12,869 nucleotides of DNA from Sandaracinaceae bacterium (GTDB lineage: Bacteria; Myxococcota_A; Polyangia; Polyangiales; Sandaracinaceae): assembly GCA_044220955.1 (NCBI GenBank), contig JBGAQA010000144.1:1-12869 (forward strand), given 5' to 3'. Shown here one piece after another: positions 1 to 7,893 of this stretch (position 1 is the stretch's first letter; every line of letters starts with the position of its first letter). Position numbers and translations under genes: made by a program. The notes beneath the pieces are model-generated. The model worked only from the letters and a program-made list of their open reading frames with translations. It was not told the DNA's origin and did no database searches.

Positions 1-2
1 CC

Positions 3-710
3 GCCACCACCACCTCCGCTCGGCTCGCCTCGCACCGGCAGCCGCAGCGGCAGGAGCGGGCTGCCCTCGCGCGTGACGAGGCGCCCGCGCGCGTCGCGGC
101 CCTCCACGTAGATCTCGAGCTCCGTCGCGTCGGCGATCGGCGCGAGCGAGGTGACGACCGCCCCGCCCGCCACGTCGACCTCCGTCGCGCGGAAGCTCAC
201 CTCGTGGTCCCCGCGGACGCGGATCACGAGCCGCACGATCTCGGCTGACGACACGGCGAGGTGCACCTCCGTCGCCGCGCTCGCGCGCGCGGCGCTCGGC
301 AGCTCGACCCGGATGCGCGCGTCGGGATCGATCGCCGCGTCGGGGACCAGGCGGCCACGCACGGACTCGACGACGTCCTCGACGCGCGGCGAGCCGCTCG
401 GCTCCCGCACGACGTAGTAGGGGTCGATCGCGAACAGGCGCTCGAAGCTGCTGCGCGCCGCGGGCTCCTGATCCTCGACCACCTGCACGAACCCGAGCGT
501 CTCGAGCACCTGCACGCGGAACGCGTCGGGCAGGCCCGGCGTCGCGAGCGCGCGCGTGAGCACGCTCTCCGCCTCCTGGTAGTCGAGGTCCGCGTAGAGC
601 CGGCGGCCTCGCTCGAGGAGCGCCTGCGCGTCCTCGGTCTGCGCGTGCGCGGCCCCCCGAGCGAGCAGCGCCAGCGACGCGACGAGGGTCGAGGCCAGGA
701 CCGCCCTCAC
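3..710 (-). CDS. Secreted TPR-like protein (partial, 3' end beyond the left window edge)
   Basis: Not in the ORF track because there is no stop in the window. GTG at 710..708 overlaps the TGA of the upstream gene (GTGA). Manual translation: MRAVLASTLVASLALLARGAAHA|QTEDAQALLERGRRLYADLDYQEAESVLTRAL...VLETLGFVQVVEDQEPAARSSFERLFAIDPYY. This shows a Sec signal (AHA-Q), two TPR-like helical hairpins, then a beta-rich region (LEIYVEGRDARG). Codons are GC3-rich. Confidence 0.8.
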   Translation of the reverse strand, partial: MRAVLASTLVASLALLARGAAHAQTEDAQALLERGRRLYADLDYQEAESVLTRALATPGLPDAFRVQVLETLGFVQVVEDQEPAARSSFERLFAIDPYYVVREPSGSPRVEDVVESVRGRLVPDAAIDPDARIRVELPSAARASAATEVHLAVSSAEIVRLVIRVRGDHEVSFRATEVDVAGGAVVTSLAPIADATELEIYVEGRDARGRLVTREGSPLLPLRLPVRGEPSGGGGG

Positions 711-2050
711 GGCTGCCACAGCGTGACCCGCCCCCCGGTGCCGATCATCGCGATCTCTCTCGTACCGTCGCCGTCGAAGTCGCCCACCGCGAGGTCGAGA
801 GCGCCGCTCATCGAGCCGATCGCCCGGAGCCCGCCGCCCATCGGCACGCCGAGCACCGAGACGGTTCCCGACTGCGTGAGGGCGACGACGTCGTCTGCGC
901 AGTCCCCGTCCACGTCGGCGACCGTGATCCGCACCACGTCCGAGTCGAGCGTTGTGAGCGGCGATCCCGACGCGTCGAGGAAGGTGTTGGCCGTCCGAGT
1001 CGCGACGTGCAGGGACGTCGCGTCGGCGACGACGACGTCGAGGTCACCGTCGTCGTCGACGTCTCCCACGGCGACCGGGCCGTGCAGCATCGGGTAGCCC
1101 ATGGGCATCGACGCCGTGACGTCCGTCTCGGCGCCGCTCGACGACGCGAACGCCGAGAGCCCCATCGCGCCGGTCGCGACGATCTCGGTGCCGCCGTCCC
1201 CGTCGGCGTCCCACGCGACGACGTGATCGAAGGAACGGCTCGAGAGCGTGGTCGGCGTGCCGGTGCTGCCCGGCGGTGCGACGAGGGCGAGCCCCGACGC
1301 TCCCGCGACGACCAGTCGCATGGGCGCCGTGCGCTCGGTCCGGCCGATCGCGACGTCGTGCGGCGCGCTCCCGACGGGCGGCGGCGACGCCCCGTCCTCC
1401 GAGGACACGACGAGCGCGCCCGACCCCGCCACGGCGACGACGTCCGCCCGGCAGTCCAGGTCGACGTCGCCCGCGCGAACGAGCGCGCCGTCGCCGGCGC
1501 GCAGCTCGCTCTCGCGATGAGATCCCCGGTCGACGCTCTCGGCGTCGAGCACCGCGAGGCTGCCGTCGGCGGCGATCGCCAAGAGCTCGTCGCGCCCGTC
1601 GGCGTCGTAGTCGACGGCGACGGCGCGCGGTGGATCGAGCAGCGCCGCGAACGTCCCGCCCGGGCGCGTTCCGAAGCCGGAGGTGCCGCGGGCGCGGCAA
1701 CGCTCGATGGGCAGGGTCGCTTCGCTCGTGCCCGGCGTCGCGAGCGCGGTCGAGACGCTCGCGCCGCCCACGAACGATCCGGCCAGGACACCCCGCGCGG
1801 TGATCGCGACCGGTCCGCCGAAGCCGGGTCCCGCGACGAAGGTGAGCGTCGCCGGTGTCGGGAGCGAGGCGACGGGATAGGCCTGCGTGAAGACCACGCG
1901 CGGCGCCGTCCCCTCCTCTCGCGCCGTGAGGCACGCGACGTCGGCGCCCGTGCGCATCAGCAGGGTCACGCGGATCGCGCGCTCCGCCCCGGAGCAGGCG
2001 AGCAGCGCCGCGCACGCGAGGACGAGCGTCGGCTTCGCCCGGAGAGACAC
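707..2050 (-). CDS. FG-GAP/VCBS-repeat (beta-propeller) lipoprotein
   Basis: Lipobox-like signal (LVLACAALLAC). Six DxDxDG-type repeats: VDYDADGRDELLA, GDVDLDCRADVVA, WDADGDGGTEIVA, GDVDDDGDLDVVV, ADVDGDCADDVVA, GDFDGDGTREIAM. Confidence 0.85.
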   Translation of the reverse strand: MSLRAKPTLVLACAALLACSGAERAIRVTLLMRTGADVACLTAREEGTAPRVVFTQAYPVASLPTPATLTFVAGPGFGGPVAITARGVLAGSFVGGASVSTALATPGTSEATLPIERCRARGTSGFGTRPGGTFAALLDPPRAVAVDYDADGRDELLAIAADGSLAVLDAESVDRGSHRESELRAGDGALVRAGDVDLDCRADVVAVAGSGALVVSSEDGASPPPVGSAPHDVAIGRTERTAPMRLVVAGASGLALVAPPGSTGTPTTLSSRSFDHVVAWDADGDGGTEIVATGAMGLSAFASSSGAETDVTASMPMGYPMLHGPVAVGDVDDDGDLDVVVADATSLHVATRTANTFLDASGSPLTTLDSDVVRITVADVDGDCADDVVALTQSGTVSVLGVPMGGGLRAIGSMSGALDLAVGDFDGDGTREIAMIGTGGRVTLWQP

Positions 2051-2178
2051 CTCGACTTCATACCACGGGCGTCGTGCGAGACCGTCACGCTGTCACCTCC
2101 GGTCACGCCCGTGTGGCGTCGAGGCACGCGGGCGGCACGCATCCCTGCGACCCTGAGCTCCGCCGCGCAGGCTGACCT

Positions 2179-2193
2179 TGGTGCGCGTTTTGC
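2179..2193 (+). promoter_or_regulatory. Putative sigma54 (RpoN) -24/-12 promoter for the 2208..10787 operon
   Basis: TGGTGCG-CGTT-TTGC matches TGGYRYR-N4-TTGC. GG (2180-2181) and GC (2192-2193) are exactly 10 nt apart. It lies in the divergent intergenic region 14 nt before the ATG at 2208. Confidence 0.6.
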
Positions 2194-2207
2194 GTTAGCC
2201 TCCGCGA

Positions 2208-3263
2208 ATGGAACGTCGTCGCTTTCTCGTGGAAGCAGCGCTCGGCGCGAGCGCGGTGGGGACCGGGGCGGTGTGGCTGCCGGGATGCGCCGCGAGCCCG
2301 CGCGCGCGCACCCTTCCGGATGCGGAGGCGCTCGGCCTGATCGAGCGGCTCGATCGCGGCCTCGAGAGCGTCCGCGCTTCGCCGTTCGCGACGGCCGGGC
2401 AGCCCTGGTCGCTCCGCGCGGGCGCCTCCGAGCGCATGGTGCGGCTCGGCCTCGAGGCCCTCGTGGTCGCCGACGTCGCGCGCTCGATCGAGCCCGGCTC
2501 GCGCCTGCCCGAGGCCCTGGCGCGGCGTCTGGACGAGACCTTGCCCATCCTCGACGACTGCGCCGTCACCTACCACGCCCTGCTCGAGTCCACGCCGCCG
2601 TCCGTGCGGCGGAACCTCGACGCCCGCTTCCGGGCCGAGCCCGAGATCGCGATGCGGGTCTCGGAGGCGATCGACCAGCGCGCAGCGGACATCGGCATCT
2701 CGAGCGCGAGCCGCGTGCGCCTGCGCTCGGCCGCGTCGAACGTCGGGCGCCAGGTCCGGCGTCAGTCGACGAGCGCGCTGCTCGACGACTGCGCGCGCAA
2801 GATCGAGGTGGCGGTCGGTCGGGCGGGCGCCGACGTGCGCCTCGCGCGTGGGCCGGCGGCGATGGCGATGATCGACGCGATCTGGCAGCAGGTCGACGGA
2901 GCGCCCCAGAGCGGCGGGACCGGCACCAGCCCCTGGGGCACGTCCCAGTACGGCGCGAGCGCCCAGTACGGCTACGGCACCGCGAGCACCGGGGCCACGA
3001 GCACCGGAGCGGCCCCGACCCAGGCGACCGACCCCGAGCTCGTCCTGCCGGAGCCCTCGCACGAGTCGCCCGGCGACCCCGAGCTGACGGTGGGCGGCGT
3101 GATGCTCGGCGCGGGCCTCGTCGTGTTCGGCATCGGCGCGATCATCACGCTCGTGACCGGCGACCCGTGGCCCCTCATCGCCGTCTCCACGCCCTCGGGC
3201 GTCGCCATCATCATCGGCATCATCCTGCTCATCGTCGGCGCCGTGCAGAACGCCAGCGGCTGA
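2208..3263 (+). CDS. Hypothetical Tat-signal lipoprotein with C-terminal transmembrane hairpin (paralog A)
   Basis: MERRRFLV (twin-arginine motif) followed by lipobox LPGC, a helical core, a Gly/Ser/Thr-rich linker and hydrophobic C-terminal helices. Aligns along its length with 9792..10787. Confidence 0.85.
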   Translation: MERRRFLVEAALGASAVGTGAVWLPGCAASPRARTLPDAEALGLIERLDRGLESVRASPFATAGQPWSLRAGASERMVRLGLEALVVADVARSIEPGSRLPEALARRLDETLPILDDCAVTYHALLESTPPSVRRNLDARFRAEPEIAMRVSEAIDQRAADIGISSASRVRLRSAASNVGRQVRRQSTSALLDDCARKIEVAVGRAGADVRLARGPAAMAMIDAIWQQVDGAPQSGGTGTSPWGTSQYGASAQYGYGTASTGATSTGAAPTQATDPELVLPEPSHESPGDPELTVGGVMLGAGLVVFGIGAIITLVTGDPWPLIAVSTPSGVAIIIGIILLIVGAVQNASG

Positions 3264-3272
3264 GCCCGCAGC

Positions 3273-5206
3273 ATGCGCGCGTCGAGCCACGCGGGCGGGA
3301 TCGTCGTCACCGGCCTCGGCGCCACCTCGGCCCTCGGTGCGGGCGTCGGCGCGATCCTGCGCGCGATGGTCGAGGGTCGCGACGGCATCCACGAGATGAC
3401 GCGCTTCGACGTGAGCGCGCTGCACCCCGTCCGCTACGCCGGCTGGCTGCACGAGGCCTGGGCCCGGGGCGAGCCCGCGTCGCTCGACGCGTGGGCCCGG
3501 CTCGCGGCGCGCGAGGCGTGGGACGACGCCGGGCTCGCTGGCGCGGGCGTCGCGCCCGAGCGCATCGCCGTGGTCTCGGGCACGACCCTCGGCGAGGAGG
3601 GCGCCCTCGCGCGCTCGGCCGACGCGGTCGCCGAGGAGATCGGTGCGCGCGGGCCGCGCTGGACGATCACGACGGCCTGCGCGTCGAGCGCGAACGCCAT
3701 CGGGCTCGCGCGCGACCTCGTCTCGCACGGCGATGCGGACGTGGCGATCGCGGGGGGCGCCGAGAAGCTCGTCATCCAGATCATGGCCGGGTTCGCGGCG
3801 CTCGGCGTGCTCGGCGCCCACAAGTGCGCCCCCTTCGGTGACGAGATCGGCACGACGCTCGGCGAGGGCGCAGGCTTCGTCGTCCTCGAGCGCGCCGGCG
3901 CGCGCGGTGTGCGGGTGCGTGCTCACCTGCTCGGCTACGGGCTGTCCGGCGATGCGTGGCACGAGACGACGCCCGACCCGCGCGGCGAGGGAACCGCGCG
4001 CGCGATCGCCGGCTGCCTCGCCGACGCGGGCGTGCGCGCCGCGGACGTCGACTACGTCAACGCTCACGCGACGGGGACGGCGGCGAACGACGACGCGGAG
4101 TGGCGCGGCATCCAGAAGGCGCTCGGCCCGCGGGCGCGCGCGATCCCGGTCAGCGCGAGCAAGGGCTACCTCGGCCACGCCCAGGGCGCGGCGGGCGTGC
4201 TCGAGACCATCGCGACGATCGCCTGCATGGAGCGCGGGCTCGTGCCGCCGAGCGCGCGCGTGGGCCGCGGCAGGCCACACGGCCCCGCCGACACCGTCGG
4301 CGAGACGGGTCGGGCCCGCGAGGGCGCCATCGACGTGGCCCTCTCGAACAGCGCGGCGTTCGGTGGCGCGAACGCCGTGGTGGCGGTCGGCCGATCGGCG
4401 CGCGCCATGCCGGGGTCGGCCGCACGGACGGTCACGATCGATGGGATCGCCGCGCTGCGCACGGCCCGCGGCGTCGCGCGCGACGAGGCCGCGATCGCGC
4501 GCGCGTGCGGCGACGTCGACCTGCGCACGACGGATCCGTCCTCCCGCTACGTCATCGCCTGCACGGCGAGCGCGTGCGCGGTGAGGCGCGCGATCGCACC
4601 GGGATGTTCGGCGGCTGTGGCGGGCCGCCGCGAGCCAGCGTCGAGGAGTTCCGCCGGAGCCTCGAGCGCGGGATGGACCGCGCGAGCGCGCCAGCCTTCG
4701 CGCGGACGGTCGCGCACGCGCCCTTCGGCGCGGCGGCCGTCGCGCTCGGCGCGCGGGGCCCTGCCACCGCCGTGGTCGGCGACGGGGTCGCGGGCCTGCT
4801 GGCGATCGCCTACGCGTCGCGCTGGCTGCGCGATCGCGACGACGCCGATCGGATCCTGGCGGGCGGCCTCGACGAGCGGCCGCACGACGGAGACGAGGAG
4901 GAGGGCGCCGCGTTCGCGGTCGTGTGCGCGGGCGGGCGTGGGCCGCGCGTCCTGGGCGTGTCCACGGCGGGCTCTCACGACGAGGCCGTGGCCCGTGCGC
5001 TCGTCGAGGCCGGGGTCGAGCGTGCCTCGGTCGCGGCGTGGTGCGCGCCACGGTTCGAGGCGCCGTCGAGCGGCTCCGCGCTCGTGGTGCTCGACGCCGT
5101 GCGCGCGATCCGCGAAGGTGCGCGCGTCGCGGTGGCGAGCGCGTCCGGCTCGCAGGGTGCGGTCGCCCTCGTCCTCGCGGCCGTGACGGAGGAGAGGAGT
5201 CGATGA
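3273..5206 (+). CDS. Beta-ketoacyl-ACP synthase (FabF/FabB-like KS) fused to a degenerate CLF-like domain; frameshift at ~4575
   Basis: KS triad is intact: TTAC (Cys 3678-3680), NAHATGT (His 4065-4067), SKGYLGH (His 4176-4178), plus SNSAAFGGAN. A second KS-like domain starts in the same frame (VTIDGIAAL...LRTTDPSSRY). It continues in the -1 frame from ~4574 (VRGEARDRTGMFGG...GARGPATAVVGDGVAGLLAI...ILAGGLDE...EGAAFAVV) to TGA 5204-5206, which overlaps the ACP ATG. As written, the first frame reads on through non-protein-like sequence to 5186. Confidence 0.85.
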
Positions 5207-5535
5207 GCGACGCGCTGCCCGAGGCCCTGAGAGCGCACGTGGAGAAGCACGAGGAGGCGCTGGCGCGCGTCCGCAGCGTGCTGGTGAACCAGCTCAAGGT
5301 CTCGCTCCCGCCCGAGCAGATCGAGCTCGACGCCCCGCTCTTCGGGACGGGCCTGGGCCTGGACTCGGTCGACGCGGTCGAGCTCGTGGTGGCGATCGAG
5401 ACCGAGTTCGGCATCCACCTCCCCGAGGGGGCAGCGGGCCCCGCGCAATTCCGGACGGTCCACTCGCTGATCGAGCTGGTGCTGAATCCGCCGGCGGTCG
5501 CGCCCGCCTCGCCCGCGCCCGCGGAGGCGCCGTGA
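5203..5535 (+). CDS. Acyl carrier protein
   Basis: ATG at 5203 (ATGA overlap) after the SD-like GGAGAGGAG. Motif PLFGTGLGLDSVDAVELVVAIETEFGI, with the phosphopantetheine Ser at 5365-5367. The ORF-track start at 4924 is too far upstream. Confidence 0.93.
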   Translation: MSDALPEALRAHVEKHEEALARVRSVLVNQLKVSLPPEQIELDAPLFGTGLGLDSVDAVELVVAIETEFGIHLPEGAAGPAQFRTVHSLIELVLNPPAVAPASPAPAEAP

Positions 5536-6575
5536 CGAGCGCGACGCTCGCGGCGCAGCACGCCGCCATCCGCACGGCGACCGCGATCGCGCGCGGCGGC
5601 TCGACGCGCGTGGTCCGCCTGCGCGGCGAGGACGCGAGGAGCGCCGCGCTCTGGCTGCTTCCCTCGCGCCTGCACCTGCGCGACGCGCAGGCGCGACAGT
5701 CGCTGCTGCTCGACGAGCGAGGCCACCCGGTCGCGGACGTCGTCGTCGCGGTCGACGACGAGGACTTCCTGCTCCTGATCGACGGCCCCGGCGATCCGGT
5801 CGCGCACGTGCGGGCGAACGTGTCGGGGGACGTCCAGGTGGAGGTGCTCGACGAGACGCACGCGGTGATCGACCTGCACGGCCCCTGGGCCTGGGAGCTC
5901 GCGGCCGAGGTGCTCGGCAGCGACCTGCTCGCGCTGCCCTACCTGAACTTCTTCCGCATGGACGAGGGGATCTGCCTGCGCGCGGGCCGAACGGGCGAGT
6001 TCGGCTACCACCTGATCACGCCGCGCGCGGGCGCGGACGCGGTGTACGCGCGCTTCCTCGAGCGCGGCGCCGAGCTGGGGCTCGTGGAGGTCTCCGCCGA
6101 GGCCGTGTCGCTCGCGGGCTTCGAGAACTGGTTCTTCGACGCGCGCGCGATCCCCGAGGACGCGACGCCGGTGGAGCTCTCGCTCTCGTGGCGCCTCGCG
6201 CCCGACCGCGACTTCCTCGGGCGGGCGGCCATCGACGCGCGGCGCGCGGGGGCGCCGAGGCGCCAGGCCTGCGTGCTCGCCGCCGCCGAGGTGAGAGCGG
6301 GAGAGCGCGTGCTCCTCGAGGGGCAGGACGTGGGCGTGGTCACCCGCGCCGCGCGCTCGCCGTCGCGCCAGCAGTGGTTCGCGTCGGCGCTCGTCGAGCC
6401 GCGCCTCGCGTTCGCCGGGATCTCGCTCGCCGCCTCGAGCGGGGTCGCGCTCCGCACGATCGCCCCGCCGCTCGTCGACAACCAGAGCCTCTACGTCGAT
6501 CCGCGGCGGCACACGTACCGTGCGCGCGACGAGGTGCGCTTCGGGGCGCCGCGCACGGCCGAGAGGCCCGCGTGA
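5532..6575 (+). CDS. GcvT (aminomethyltransferase/folate-binding) family protein
   Basis: GcvT-fold motifs: LRGEDA, SLLLDERGHPVAD, IDLHGPWA, RAGRTGEFGY (cf. RTGYTGEDGFE), TPVELSLSW (cf. TPLEAGLGW), DFLGRAAI, VGVVT..SP. GTGA overlaps at both ends. No YgfZ KGC(Y/F)xGQE motif. Confidence 0.85.
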   Translation: MTSATLAAQHAAIRTATAIARGGSTRVVRLRGEDARSAALWLLPSRLHLRDAQARQSLLLDERGHPVADVVVAVDDEDFLLLIDGPGDPVAHVRANVSGDVQVEVLDETHAVIDLHGPWAWELAAEVLGSDLLALPYLNFFRMDEGICLRAGRTGEFGYHLITPRAGADAVYARFLERGAELGLVEVSAEAVSLAGFENWFFDARAIPEDATPVELSLSWRLAPDRDFLGRAAIDARRAGAPRRQACVLAAAEVRAGERVLLEGQDVGVVTRAARSPSRQQWFASALVEPRLAFAGISLAASSGVALRTIAPPLVDNQSLYVDPRRHTYRARDEVRFGAPRTAERPA

Positions 6576-7309
6576 CGCGCCTCGAGGGGCGCGTCGTCGT
6601 GGTCACGGGCGGCTCGCGGGGCCTCGGCCGGGCGATCGCGCTCGACGCGGCCACCGAGGGCGCGCGCGTGGTCGTCGGCTTCCGGCGCCGCGAGCGCGAG
6701 GCCCAGGAGGTCGTGGCCGAGGCGGGGAAGGGCGCGCTCGCGCTGGCCCTCGACGTGCGCGACGCGGCGAGCGTCGACGCCTTCTTCGCGAGGGTGCTCG
6801 AGGCCTGCGGGACGATCGACGGCCTGGTGACGTCGGCCGGGATCGTGTCCGACGGCTGGCTGGCGACCTTGCCCGTCGACCAGTTCGACGACGTCGTGAC
6901 GACGAACCTCCGCGGGACGATGCTCGCGGCGCGCGCGGTGCTGCGGCCCATGATGGCCAAGAAGCGCGGCTCGATCGTCGCGCTCACGTCGGTCGCGGGC
7001 GTGCGCCCGAGCCCCGGGCAGGCGGCGTACTCGGCGAGCAAGGGCGGCATCCACGCGCTCGTCCGCACGCTCGCCGTCGAGGTCGGCAAGTACGGCATCC
7101 GGGTCAACTCGCTGGCCCCCGGCATCATCGACGCCGGGATGGTGAAGGCGACCGCGCCCGCGCGCATCCAGCAGACGCTCGCGCACGTCCCGCTCGGCCG
7201 GCTCGGCGAGGCGCGCGAGGTGGCGCGCACCGCCACGTTCCTGCTGAGCGACGACGCGAGCTACGTCACGGGCCACACGCTCCTCGTCGACGGAGGGCTG
7301 GGCGCATGA
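6572..7309 (+). CDS. fabG: 3-oxoacyl-ACP reductase (FabG-like SDR ketoreductase)
   Basis: GTG at 6572 (GTGA overlap). Motifs TGGSRGLG, LTSVAG (catalytic Ser), PGQAAYSASKGG (YxxxK), GIRVNSLAPG, VPLGRLG, YVTGHTLLVDGG. Confidence 0.92.
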   Translation: MTRLEGRVVVVTGGSRGLGRAIALDAATEGARVVVGFRRREREAQEVVAEAGKGALALALDVRDAASVDAFFARVLEACGTIDGLVTSAGIVSDGWLATLPVDQFDDVVTTNLRGTMLAARAVLRPMMAKKRGSIVALTSVAGVRPSPGQAAYSASKGGIHALVRTLAVEVGKYGIRVNSLAPGIIDAGMVKATAPARIQQTLAHVPLGRLGEAREVARTATFLLSDDASYVTGHTLLVDGGLGA

Positions 7310-7893
7310 CGGCCGAGGGCTGGACCAAGCTCGCGCTCGGCGCCGACGTCGTGCAGATGCTCCTGCCGCACCGGCGGCCCTTCTTGCTGGTGGATGCAAT
7401 CGACGCGATCGCGCTCGGGCCGCGCCCGATGCTGCGCGCGCACAAGATGGTGTCGGCCAACGAGCCGGTCTTCGAGGGCCACTTCCCCGGCCTCTCGCTC
7501 TGGCCGGGCGTCTACACGATCGAGGGTCTGGGGCAGACGACGAACCTGCTCGACCTCATCCGAGGGCTGATCGCCGCGGCCGCGACGGAGAGCGCCACGC
7601 CCGAGCAGGTGCTCGAAGCGCTCCGCGGGCTCGAGAAGCGCTCGCGCCCCGGCCCCGGCAAGCCGAGCGCCGACGAGGCGCGCCTCGTCGCGGCGCTCGG
7701 CGCTCCGAAGAGCCGCATCGGCTACGCAGGGGCGATCGACGTGAAGCTGATCGAGCCGGTCTTCGCAGGCTGCGTCATCGACTACCGTGTGACGCAGACC
7801 CACGTCGTCGCGAACGCCAAGCGCTTCGAGGTCGAGGCCTGCGTGGACGATCGCCCGGTCGCGCGCGGGACGGTCACGAGCGCGACGCCGTGA
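7306..7893 (+). CDS. fabZ: 3-hydroxyacyl-ACP dehydratase (FabZ-like hotdog fold) with internal insertion
   Basis: ATG at 7306 (ATGA overlap). Motifs LLPHRRPFLLVD and VSANEPVFEGHFPG..WPGVYTIEGLGQ, giving a His/Glu dyad of the FabZ type rather than the FabA His/Asp. C-terminal FEVEACVDDRPVARG. Confidence 0.9.
   Translation: MTAEGWTKLALGADVVQMLLPHRRPFLLVDAIDAIALGPRPMLRAHKMVSANEPVFEGHFPGLSLWPGVYTIEGLGQTTNLLDLIRGLIAAAATESATPEQVLEALRGLEKRSRPGPGKPSADEARLVAALGAPKSRIGYAGAIDVKLIEPVFAGCVIDYRVTQTHVVANAKRFEVEACVDDRPVARGTVTSATP

Noticed and set aside
2940..3010. Short repeats (CCCAGTACGGC x2, GAGCACCGG x2)
   Set aside because: They encode a low-complexity linker (SQYGASAQYG, STGATSTGA); not a CRISPR array or mobile-element end.
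4560..4600. Programmed -1 ribosomal frameshift
   Set aside because: No X XXY YYZ slippery site, and residues appear to be missing, which fits a deletion or error better.
4575..5186. C-terminal ~200 aa of the 637-aa ORF 3273..5186 as real protein sequence
   Set aside because: It becomes Arg/Ser-rich and motif-free after ~4575, while KS-like motifs continue in the -1 frame to 5206.
2103..6512. 1469-aa minus-strand ORF and other long shadow ORFs (1007..3841+, 7782..9626-, 9654..12200-, 261..1097+)
   Set aside because: Arg/Ala/Pro-rich, motif-free translations antisense or out of frame to well-supported genes; expected when stop codons are scarce in very high-GC DNA.
5532..6575. Canonical gcvT or ygfZ
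   Set aside because: No gcvH/gcvP nearby, the N-terminal FDVSHMG motif is not recognisable, and the YgfZ KGCYxGQE motif is absent; only family-level assignment is supported.
3273..7893. Assignment as a known aryl polyene or ladderane cluster
   Set aside because: The diagnostic partners (acyl-ligase, methyltransferase, glycosyl/acyltransferases, MMPL, radical SAM enzymes) are not in the operon, and KS clade cannot be determined without a phylogeny.
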